Shown here: positions 47,166 to 54,990 of the stretch, one piece after another
Position numbering within the stretch: position 1 is the first letter of the stretch
Layout of the letters: every line of letters begins with the position of its first letter
Assembly: GCA_046047495.1 (NCBI GenBank)
Contig: JBJOHV010000018.1
Span: 46,048 to 110,047, forward strand
Reading direction: 5' to 3'
Source of the DNA: Pseudomonadota bacterium
Lineage (GTDB): Bacteria; Pseudomonadota; Gammaproteobacteria; Pseudomonadales; Pseudohongiellaceae
Length of the DNA stretch: 64,000 bases
The notes under the pieces: model-generated
The model's database searches: none
Told to the model about the DNA's origin: nothing
Seen by the model: only the letters and a program-made list of their open reading frames with translations
Program-made: the position numbers and the translations under genes

Positions 47166-47759
47166 ATGGCCAAAGCCAAACCCGGTAAGCCCCACGTCGT
47201 AGAAGAGCTGGAGAATCAATTTCATGACCTGCAAAAGAAACTCGCCAAGGCGCGGGACAGTTATGTTGCCAGTCACGAAAAGGAACTGAGCTCTGCGCGC
47301 AAGAAGTTGAAGTCCCTGCAGCTGCAATTGAAGAAGGCCAGGGAACAAGCCGCCAAGGCAGCCGTACAAGCCAAAAAGTCCGGCACCAAGACTGCCAGGA
47401 ACCAGCTGAAGAAAGCCCGTGCCGCCAGCCTGTTGCTGGGCAATTCATTGAAGGAGACCAAGGACATCCTGGTCACCGCGGAAAGCAAGCTGCACGCCGC
47501 CAAGCCATTCGACCGCAAACTGGCAGCCCGGGCCAAGGTCCTGGCCCAATTCGAAAAGGATTGGGCGCGTAAAATGAAGGCCGAGACGGAAGCGAAAGCC
47601 AAGCGTGCCAAACTGGCGCTGGCCAAGCGCCGGGCAGCCAAGCGCAAGCCCTCGCTGCCGGTACCCGCAGCATCATCCGTACCGAGCACCAGTCCGGCTG
47701 CACCGGCGCAGACTGTTTCGGCCACTCCGACTGCCAAGCCCGCTGACAGCAACAGCTAG
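47166..47759 (+). CDS. Lys/Ala-rich coiled-coil protein with a Pro/Ser/Ala tail (histone-H1/AlgP-like composition), function unknown
   Basis: 197-aa ORF. Its composition is dominated by K, A, L and R ('KKLKSLQLQLKKAREQAAKAAVQAKKSG', 'AKAKRAKLALAKRRAAKRK'). The tail is 'PSLPVPAASSVPSTSPAAPAQTVSATPTAKPADSNS'. Only compositional evidence is available. Confidence 0.4.
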   Translation: MAKAKPGKPHVVEELENQFHDLQKKLAKARDSYVASHEKELSSARKKLKSLQLQLKKAREQAAKAAVQAKKSGTKTARNQLKKARAASLLLGNSLKETKDILVTAESKLHAAKPFDRKLAARAKVLAQFEKDWARKMKAETEAKAKRAKLALAKRRAAKRKPSLPVPAASSVPSTSPAAPAQTVSATPTAKPADSNS

Positions 47760-47768
47760 GCTGCGGGC

Positions 47769-48221
47769 ATGGAACAGAAAACTTTCCAGGTTGATCTGAA
47801 GCTGCTGGAAAATTACCTGTTCCAGATCGACTTTGGCGAGTTTGGCAATTTCATGACGGACGAGCCCGAACCGCTGGGCGGCGGCGAGGGTCCGGCTCCA
47901 TCGGCCCTGCTGGCGGCTTCGGTGGCCAACTGCCTGTCCGCCAGCCTGCTGTTCGCCATCCGCAAATTCAAATCCGATCCCGGGGAGCTTAGCGCCCGCT
48001 GCGAAGGCACCCTGGAGCGGATCGAAGGTCGCTGGCGCATCGTGAAACTGGCGGTGGGCATCCAAATGGAAGCGGCCGCGCAAGACCTCACCAATCTGGA
48101 GCGGGTGCTGGCCATCTTCGAGGATTATTGTGTCGTTACACAGTCGGTACGCCACGGCATACCGGTGGAGGTTGAGATACGAGACGGAACGGGGGCAGTG
48201 CTGAAGCAGCCGGCGGCCTGA
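47769..48221 (+). CDS. OsmC/Ohr-family peroxiredoxin-like protein
   Basis: 'GGGEGPAPSALLAASVANCLSASL' and 'IFEDYCVVTQS' carry the two conserved Cys positions of OsmC. Length 150 aa. Confidence 0.8.
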   Translation: MEQKTFQVDLKLLENYLFQIDFGEFGNFMTDEPEPLGGGEGPAPSALLAASVANCLSASLLFAIRKFKSDPGELSARCEGTLERIEGRWRIVKLAVGIQMEAAAQDLTNLERVLAIFEDYCVVTQSVRHGIPVEVEIRDGTGAVLKQPAA

Positions 48222-48239
48222 GACCACCGGCTGCCTCTG

Positions 48240-49079
48240 TCAATTGCGGTCGGCCGGTTTGACGAATTTCAAGGTCATGCGGTCGCTTTCGCCGATGGCA
48301 AGATACCTGGCGCGGTCCTGCTCCCCCAGTTGCAAGGTGGGAGGCAGGGTCCATACACCCTCGGCGTAGTCCTTGGTGTCCAGAGGGTTGGCATTGATCT
48401 CCGCAGCCGCAACAAACTCAAAGCCGGCCTGCTGCGCCAGTTCAATCACATAATCCTGGGTCACATAGCCGCTGGTCTGCATGAATTCCATGCTGCTGCC
48501 CGGTGGGGCCCGATGTTCCACCACACCCAGAACCCCGCCCGGCTTCAAGGCCGTGAAGAAGGCTGCGAAAAACTCGTGCTGGGTGCCCGCCATGACCCAG
48601 TTATGCACATTGCGAAAGGTCATGGCCAGATCGGCTGAACCCGGCGGCGCAATGGCGGTTTCGCTGGGGGGATTGAGGTGGGTCAGAATGGTTTCACCGT
48701 AAATTTCGGGATCCGCCGCCAGGCGGGCTTTGAACTGCTCCAGATTCGGCCGCATATAGGACAGCGGCGGATTCTCAGAGAAATGTGCAGCGTAGTAGGT
48801 GCCGTTGCCCTTCAGGAACGGAGCCAGAATTTCCGTATACCAGCCACCACCAGGCAGAATCTCTATCACCGTCATGCCGGACTGCAGACCGAAAAAGCTC
48901 AGGGTCTCCACGGGATGACGGTATTCGTTGCGGGCAATGTTGGCGGCGCTGCGGTGAGCACCCACACTGAGCGCCTGCAGGCGTTCAAGGTCATTTGCCA
49001 GCGCCGGCAGTGCAGCCAGGGATAGTGCCAGGGTCATGACGACCCGACTTGCCATTCTCATGTGAACTCCTCGTATCAA
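48240..49079 (-). CDS. Secreted class I SAM-dependent methyltransferase-like protein
   Basis: Signal peptide 'MASRVVMTLALSLAALPALA'. 'MTVIEILPGGGWYTEILAP' fits the motif I glycine loop, and 'LKPGGVLGVVEH' is present. Confidence 0.6.
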   Translation of the reverse strand: MIRGVHMRMASRVVMTLALSLAALPALANDLERLQALSVGAHRSAANIARNEYRHPVETLSFFGLQSGMTVIEILPGGGWYTEILAPFLKGNGTYYAAHFSENPPLSYMRPNLEQFKARLAADPEIYGETILTHLNPPSETAIAPPGSADLAMTFRNVHNWVMAGTQHEFFAAFFTALKPGGVLGVVEHRAPPGSSMEFMQTSGYVTQDYVIELAQQAGFEFVAAAEINANPLDTKDYAEGVWTLPPTLQLGEQDRARYLAIGESDRMTLKFVKPADRN

Positions 49080-49130
49080 ATCGCAGATGATCGGGCCGGT
49101 CTTGCAGGAGCCGGCCCGGGAATCGCGGGA

Positions 49131-51296
49131 TCAGAACGTGCCGTTGATCTTCAGGGACACCACTTTTCCGGAGCCACCGCATTGCTTCTCCACTTCCTCC
49201 AGAATGCCGGCGCTGATGCGTCCGTCATAACGGAACCGGTCGCGACACTGCACACCGGCGGTGGCATTGCGGGCATCGAAGCGGAAGGTGGTACCGCCGA
49301 AAGCAACAAACTCCACGAACGCCATCACCATCGGATCGCCGGAGGTGGACTCGATGTCGTCGATGTCGTAACGCAGGATATTGTCGTCAAAGCGATTGTT
49401 CCAGCTGGCACCATAGTTCATGCGCATGCTGGGAATGTCGTGTCGGAAGCCGACCATGAAGCGCCCCCGCTCGTAATTGGTGAAGCGGCGATCGATACCC
49501 AGGAACGGGTCCTGGATGCTGGAATCCCGCACCTCCAGGCTGGAGTTCACCAGCAGGTTGGGCAGCTTGATCATGCCCATGCGCACGCTGCCGCTGACCC
49601 GGCCTATCCACATATTGCCGTCACCGATGTTGCCGTTGGCGGACTGCAGATTGGTTTCCGAGGGCGACACGTCGATGCGCTCGATCTTGTCGTAATGCTC
49701 CATGTAATTGATGCCGGCGTTGAGGACACCCGCATCATTGGGCAGGCGGTACTCCGCATTGAAATCCACGGTCAACATGGTTTCCGGTTCCAGGTTGGCA
49801 TTACCGGCCTGGGTATTGGCGTCGTTGTCGTTGGCATCCTGGGAGGCCACGAAGTCGGAGAAGCTCAATTGCCGGACCCCGTATTCCACCCGGCCCCGCA
49901 GCTGGAAGGTATTGGTGACATCGAACCGGTAATCCACCTTGGGCTTCAGGAACTGGAAATCCCGCTCCTTGGACACGTCACCGGATTGGGTGATGGTGGA
50001 TGTCTCCCATTCCAGGGTGCTTTCCAGGGTCATGCGGGGATTCAGCTGCCAGTTATGCACGGCGAAGGGCTCGTAACGGATTTCCTCCACCGTGGAATTG
50101 GCATTGGCCACTGACACGGGCACCAGCCCGCCGAAGGCGGGATTGGGGGTGCCGGAGCTGCTGGCCACACCCAGGCGCAGCATGGAATCCAGGGTGGTCT
50201 GGGCCCGCTCAGCCCCCATCTCGATACTCTGCCCTTCCCACAGGTTCATGGTGTAGGAGCCGCGCAGAATGCGCTCGGAGATGGTGCTGTCGGTGTCCAG
50301 GAACAGGTTCTTGACCGGAGTGCCGTTGCCGTCCAGCTGGTAGCGCTCCCGGGTGCTGGCCTCATTGGCTTCATTGCCGATGAACAGCACCTTGAAGCGG
50401 CTGCCGTTGTCCCACCGGTATTCGTAGTCGCCACCGATTTCCCAATTGTCCTGTTCGCCGGGAATGGTTTCCTGCTCGATGCGCAGGGTATTGGGGGTCA
50501 CCCGCAAATTGGTGGTATAGCGATACACATCGGTGGGGTTGTCGTTCAGTGCATACAGGCCATTGAGCCGTGCGCTGGCATTGTCGCTGATGGAGTAATC
50601 CAGATTGGTGGATACCTGGTAGCTGGTCTGCTCCCGGATGCGCTCCTCGAAAATCCGGTCGTTGGGTGAAAAATTCCCCAGCACGCTTTCCTCGTCGCTC
50701 TCGTAATGGTCATAACGCGGCTCGGCAATGGCGCTGATCAGATAATTGAGGTTGCCGGTCTGGCCGCTGTAGGACAATGAGCCACCGGGCTGATTGTGGC
50801 TGTCGTCATAACGGTCCATGTTGACTTCGTAATTGATGCTGCTGCTGGACAGCTCCTCGAACAACACCACGTTGATCACCTGGCTGCTGCCCCGCACGTC
50901 CAGATCCCCGGAGGTGCCCCGGATGATCTCGATGTAGTCCACCTGATCCGCGGTGATGCGATCCAGCATGCCACGGGTCTGATTGTTCTTGCCCGCGGTG
51001 CGCTTGCCGTTCACCAGCACCTGATCGCCACCGCCGCCGCCCAGGCCGCGGCCGCCACGACTGACATTACCGCCACCGCCGGGAGGACCACCACCGCCCC
51101 GCTGATTGTCCATACCCGGAATCCTGGACAGCATGTCCTGGGCCGTTACCGGAGCCCACTCCGAAAAATAGGAGGCCGGGTAGACTACCGTGGAGTTGTC
51201 ACTGACGGTTTCCTGGGCCAGTGCCGGCAAGCTGAAACTTGCCGCCAGGGCGAGCATGGCGAGACGCAGTTTGAACGGAGGGGTGGTCGGCTTCAT
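49131..51296 (-). CDS. TonB-dependent outer-membrane receptor
   Basis: Signal peptide. Plug region 'AQDMLSRIPGM ... VLVNGKR ... VDYIEIIRG' with a Gly-rich insert. The long beta-barrel ends in the aromatic residue '...LKINGTF'. Confidence 0.85.
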   Translation of the reverse strand: MKPTTPPFKLRLAMLALAASFSLPALAQETVSDNSTVVYPASYFSEWAPVTAQDMLSRIPGMDNQRGGGGPPGGGGNVSRGGRGLGGGGGDQVLVNGKRTAGKNNQTRGMLDRITADQVDYIEIIRGTSGDLDVRGSSQVINVVLFEELSSSSINYEVNMDRYDDSHNQPGGSLSYSGQTGNLNYLISAIAEPRYDHYESDEESVLGNFSPNDRIFEERIREQTSYQVSTNLDYSISDNASARLNGLYALNDNPTDVYRYTTNLRVTPNTLRIEQETIPGEQDNWEIGGDYEYRWDNGSRFKVLFIGNEANEASTRERYQLDGNGTPVKNLFLDTDSTISERILRGSYTMNLWEGQSIEMGAERAQTTLDSMLRLGVASSSGTPNPAFGGLVPVSVANANSTVEEIRYEPFAVHNWQLNPRMTLESTLEWETSTITQSGDVSKERDFQFLKPKVDYRFDVTNTFQLRGRVEYGVRQLSFSDFVASQDANDNDANTQAGNANLEPETMLTVDFNAEYRLPNDAGVLNAGINYMEHYDKIERIDVSPSETNLQSANGNIGDGNMWIGRVSGSVRMGMIKLPNLLVNSSLEVRDSSIQDPFLGIDRRFTNYERGRFMVGFRHDIPSMRMNYGASWNNRFDDNILRYDIDDIESTSGDPMVMAFVEFVAFGGTTFRFDARNATAGVQCRDRFRYDGRISAGILEEVEKQCGGSGKVVSLKINGTF

Positions 51297-51482
51297 TATC
51301 GAGGGTCCGCAGTTATTTTAATCCCGGAAGTTTATAAGCATTCCACCGCCACAGTTGTTACAAATTGTGGGATTGCCGGTCGATTCGTCCTGCATTCCGG
51401 GCACCTGACGGAGCCTGGCAGAATGTTTTACCGCGCCTGCCCCTGGGGTACACTAGCGCGCCATTACAACAAGGGGGACGGG

Positions 51483-51800
51483 ATGGAACACTCCGAAAGC
51501 AAGAGCCTGCTGGGCAAGATACTGGGTGGTCACTACGGTCTCGCCGTCACCTACTGGTGGCTGTATTTCATCGGTGCCGCCGTCTTCTTCGTCACCGCCA
51601 GCCAGGCGGTGGATCGGGAGGACTGGCTGCGCTTCCTGCTGCTGGTGTCCCTGATGCTGGGCTATACGGGTCTGCTGCTGCTGGGCATACGGGCGGCTTA
51701 CAAGGGCCCGCAGATGTGGAAGGTCATGTCCCGCACGTCCTCTGTGTTCATGATCATCAATATTCTCGTCGGTATCGGTGCCCTCGGCTTCATCTACTGA
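51483..51800 (+). CDS. Small hypothetical membrane protein (3 predicted TM)
   Basis: The first ATG in the intergenic part of track ORF 50796..51800. 105 aa with three hydrophobic stretches. No family recognised. Confidence 0.4.
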   Translation: MEHSESKSLLGKILGGHYGLAVTYWWLYFIGAAVFFVTASQAVDREDWLRFLLLVSLMLGYTGLLLLGIRAAYKGPQMWKVMSRTSSVFMIINILVGIGALGFIY

Positions 51801-51811
51801 ATGACAGCCAC

Positions 51812-52669
51812 TTACTGAATTCCAGCCTGCGGGGGTGGCAGTGTCCAACTGGCCGGGTCCACCCGGTAATAGGCCTGCAGTTCCCGGTACAACTCCCCAT
51901 GATGGTCTTGCAGCTCGTGTGGCCGTTCGAAAAATGTCTCCGTGGCTACTGCAAAAAACTCGGCCGGATTGGTCGCCCCGTAATGGTCCAGCAGGCTGTG
52001 CCAGCCCTGCCGTGCCTGCCATTGAAGCGTGGCGAATTCCGCTGCGAACACCCGCGCCCAGCTCTGATAGGCGCCACGGGTATGCAGCAGGGGCGCGCCG
52101 TTGCTGACACCGTCCTCATCGTCCAGCTGATGGGCGAACTCATGGAGAACCACGTTCTGGCCGTCGTCGGCACGGGCGACTCCCCGGCGCACCGCATCCC
52201 AGGCCAGGACGATCTTGCCGTGACTCCATGATTCCCCTTCCATGGGCATGTGATGCAGTGATACCAGGCCGGCCTCGTCCGCCTGCTCCCGGTTGGCCAC
52301 GAAGGTGGACGGGTACACCAGAATGGCGTCCAGCTGGGGATAACACCCGGTCGGGCGATTGAGCAGCAGCAGGCAGGCATGGGCGGCGATGGCCATGCGC
52401 ACCTCGTCGTCGATGGCCTGGCCAGCGCAACCCACGAAGCGTTTGTCGGCGATGAACTGCTGGATGCGCTGCTGCAATTGCCGCTGCAGGTCGGGCGACA
52501 AATGGGGATAGACCGGCAGGACCCGGGGCAGCAGCCGGTGCCAGCGGTCGGGGAACGGCTGCTGCAGAATCCGTCTCAGACGCAGCTCCGGCCAGTAATA
52601 AACCCGGAATACCACTGCCGCCAGGATCAGCAGTAGTATGATCAATCCCGCGATGGATGTGGTGGACAT
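51812..52669 (-). CDS. MtfA-like (M90) zinc peptidase
   Basis: N-terminal TM. The zinc site is in 'VVLHEFAHQLD', followed by 'NPAEFFAVATETFFERP', as in glucose-regulated MtfA-type peptidases. Confidence 0.75.
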   Translation of the reverse strand: MSTTSIAGLIILLLILAAVVFRVYYWPELRLRRILQQPFPDRWHRLLPRVLPVYPHLSPDLQRQLQQRIQQFIADKRFVGCAGQAIDDEVRMAIAAHACLLLLNRPTGCYPQLDAILVYPSTFVANREQADEAGLVSLHHMPMEGESWSHGKIVLAWDAVRRGVARADDGQNVVLHEFAHQLDDEDGVSNGAPLLHTRGAYQSWARVFAAEFATLQWQARQGWHSLLDHYGATNPAEFFAVATETFFERPHELQDHHGELYRELQAYYRVDPASWTLPPPQAGIQ

Positions 52670-52762
52670 CGAACCCTCTTTGTCAGTAACCGAAGGCCTG
52701 GGCTAGACTTGCCGGGCCGGCCAGGTGGCCGCCAGACGCCTTACCACTGCAGGAGCCTACCC

Positions 52763-54202
52763 GTGCCAGACACCTCTGAAAGCCAATTAGCCCTGGTGGT
52801 CAAACAGGACTGTGGCACCTGTCGCCGTATCGAGCCGGTCATTCGCCTGTTGGGCGACCATTATGGCCAGTCCCTGCAGATCCATGTCCAGGACGATCCG
52901 GCATTCCTGGCGGGCCTGGCCCCGGCCACTCTGGATGCCGACCTGGGCTATTCCTTCCGCCACGACATCGAGGTGGTGCCGACCCTGCTGAGATTCAAGG
53001 ACGGTAGCGAGACCGATCGCATCGTGGGCTGGGATCGTGCCGCCTGGCGGCAACTCACCGGCCTGGCGGACCTGGGCTCTGACATGCCGGAATTTCAACC
53101 TGGCTGCGGCTCCCTGACCCAGGAACCGGGAATGGCGGAGCGGCTGGCCCTACGCTTTGGAGCTGACAGCCTGCAGGCCCGGCAACTGGAGATCGATGAG
53201 GCCGAGGATGTCATGGAGGCATGCTTCGACCGGGGGTGGACCGACGGCCTGCCGGTGGTGCCGCCGACACCGCTGCGGGTTTTACGCATGTTGCGGGCAA
53301 CCCCGCGCAAGGCCTCCGACATCGTTGGTGTGATACCGCCGGACAATGTGCCCTGCAGCGTGGAAAAGGTGGCAGTGAACGCTGTACTGGCGGGCTGCAA
53401 ACCCGAATATTTTCCGACGGTGCTGGCGGTAGTGGAGGCCGCGCTGGACGACCGCTTCTGCATGCACGGGCTGTTGTGCACCACCTACTTCTCCTCCCCG
53501 GTGGTGATCGTCAACGGCCCCGAAGCCCGGCGCATCGGTATGAATTCCGGGGTCAATGCCCTGGGTCAGGGCAACCGCGCCAACGCCACCATCGGACGCG
53601 CCCTGCAGTTGTTGATCCGCAACGTGGGTGGTGGCAAACCCGGCGGCATCGACCGTGCGACCCTGGGCAATCCCGGCAAATATTCATTTTGTTTCAGCGA
53701 GGACGAGTCCCAGCCTGACTGGCCCAGTCTGGCCATGGAACAGGGTTTTCAGCGGGACGATTCCGTGGTCTCCCTGTTTGCCGGTGACGGTGTGCAGGCT
53801 TTCATGGATCAACAATCCCGCCAACCTGAATCCCTGGCCCGCAGCCTGGCCCTGAGTCTGCGCAGCGTGGCCCATGGCAAACTTTGCATGATGGCGGATG
53901 GGTTGCTGGTGCTGTCTCCGGAACACCGCCGGGTGTTCCGCCAGGGAGGGTGGACCAAGGCCGAGGTCAAGGCAGCCATCATCGATGCCCTGCGAATTCC
54001 CGGCACGGCAGTGGTGCGCGGCGCCGGCGGCATTGCCGAAGGCATGCCGGTGGCACTGCGGGACAGAACCCTCAACAAGTTCCGTGACGGCGGCTTCCAC
54101 ATCGCCTGTGCCGGCGGCACTGCCGGCCTGTTCTCCGCCATCATCGGCGGCTGGGTCGCCTCCGGCGAGCGCGGTAGTCAACTGGTCGCGAAAAAGATAT
54201 AA
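52763..54202 (+). CDS. Thioredoxin-fold (CGTC) domain fused to an uncharacterised ~350-aa domain
   Basis: GTG 52763 lies 7 nt after AGGAG (52751-52755). The N-terminal ~110 aa look thioredoxin-like ('LALVVKQDCGTCRRIEPVI ... VVPTLLRF'). The rest ('RGWTDGLPVVPPT', 'GNRANATIGRALQLLIRNVGGG', 'GNPGKYSFCF') matches nothing characterised that I know. It lies immediately upstream of the selenoprotein gene. Confidence 0.6.
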   Translation: MPDTSESQLALVVKQDCGTCRRIEPVIRLLGDHYGQSLQIHVQDDPAFLAGLAPATLDADLGYSFRHDIEVVPTLLRFKDGSETDRIVGWDRAAWRQLTGLADLGSDMPEFQPGCGSLTQEPGMAERLALRFGADSLQARQLEIDEAEDVMEACFDRGWTDGLPVVPPTPLRVLRMLRATPRKASDIVGVIPPDNVPCSVEKVAVNAVLAGCKPEYFPTVLAVVEAALDDRFCMHGLLCTTYFSSPVVIVNGPEARRIGMNSGVNALGQGNRANATIGRALQLLIRNVGGGKPGGIDRATLGNPGKYSFCFSEDESQPDWPSLAMEQGFQRDDSVVSLFAGDGVQAFMDQQSRQPESLARSLALSLRSVAHGKLCMMADGLLVLSPEHRRVFRQGGWTKAEVKAAIIDALRIPGTAVVRGAGGIAEGMPVALRDRTLNKFRDGGFHIACAGGTAGLFSAIIGGWVASGERGSQLVAKKI

Positions 54203-54240
54203 AGACCCTTCTCTTTCAACCAGGTAACCAGGAGGCATGC

Positions 54241-54777
54241 ATGGCAACGACGTTGCTGGATCCCACCGGTGAATTGCAGACGACTCAAAGGCCGCTCAAC
54301 CAGCGATTGGCCGGCCTGCAGGGTGTCACCATCGGATTGCTGGACATATCCAAACCCCGTGGCAAGGAGTTTCTCGATGAGGTACAGCGCCAGCTGGAGG
54401 CCCTGGGGGCTTCCGTGCAGCGTTACATGAAGCCCACCTTCACCCGGGTGGCGCCAATCGCGCTGAGCCAGCAGATCGCCCAGGAATGCGATGCCGTCAT
54501 CGAAGGCCTGGCCGACTGAGGTTCATGTACCTCGTGCAGTTTGCATGACATCATGAACCTGGAAGGTCGTGGGATTCCGGCGGGCTTCGTGGCCTCGACG
54601 GAATTCATCGAGGCCGCAGCGGCCCAGGCGAAATCCCTGGGCATCGAGCCAATGTCGGTATTCGTGCCGCACCCGATCCAGGACCGCACCGATGAGGAAA
54701 TGGTGCAACTGGCCCGTGCAGCCATCGACAGGATCGTCGGCATGATTTTGCTGCCTGCTGATCAATCACCGAATTAG
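54241..54777 (+). CDS. UGSC-motif selenoprotein (in-frame TGA at 54517-54519 read as selenocysteine)
   Basis: Track ORFs 54241..54519 and 54541..54777 are in the same frame, separated only by one TGA. Read-through gives 178 aa with '...IEGLAD-U-GSCTSCSLHD...'. AGGAGG lies 5 nt before the ATG. A SECIS-like hairpin starts at the next nucleotide. SelA, selB and selC are present in the window. Confidence 0.8.
54520..54559 (+). promoter_or_regulatory. Bacterial SECIS-like recoding hairpin
   Basis: The perfect 8-bp lower stem pairs GGUUCAUG (54520-27) with CAUGAACC (54552-59). An internal loop follows. The upper stem pairs 54532-38 with 54542-48 and includes UGCA/UGCA. The apical loop is GUU at 54539-54541, 20-22 nt after the UGA. 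Confidence 0.7.
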
Positions 54778-54825
54778 TCGGCATGCAGTGAGCGGGAGCC
54801 GGCCCCGAGGTAGTGATATTCTGCG

Positions 54826-54937
54826 GGGACACAGGGTGGTGGTCGGGCACGCGACACGCCGTAAACCCGTCCCTGGGGGCTCGGACGCGCCATCCCTGGC
54901 GCGTACGGTCGCTAGCCCGACCACCACCCTGTGTCCC
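54826..54937. repeat. Long intergenic palindromic element (23-bp perfect inverted repeat with a structured 66-nt spacer)
   Basis: GGGACACAGGGTGGTGGTCGGGC (54826-54848) is the exact reverse complement of GCCCGACCACCACCCTGTGTCCC (54915-54937). The spacer holds a second hairpin, ACGCGCCA-tccc-TGGCGCGT (54885-54904). No U-tract follows. Confidence 0.8.
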
Positions 54938-54990
54938 GTGAGCCACGTGCCACCGAAAATAGGTTTCAATAATATTCCCTAGGGGGGAGC

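Noticed and set aside
51297-51482. Possible cobalamin riboswitch in the leader of the TonB-dependent receptor. The minus-strand sequence contains 'GGTGCCCGGAATGCAGGACGAATCGACCGGCAATCCCACAATTTGTAAC', loosely like the GGGAA...CGAATC...CCCGC.ACTGTAA core.
   Set aside because: The resemblance is partial. The B12-box-like segment has several mismatches, and the expected CCGG/CCGG pairing geometry differs. The whole 186-nt gap must also hold two divergent promoters. The signal is not supportable without a covariance-model score; cmscan with RF00174 would settle it.
54766-54982. ORFs 54788..54982(+) and 54766..54969(-) in the gap after the selenoprotein gene.
   Set aside because: Both lie across the 23-bp inverted repeat and encode mirror-image peptides ('GHRVVVG' on each strand). 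That is what a palindrome produces by itself. They have no RBS and no protein-like features.
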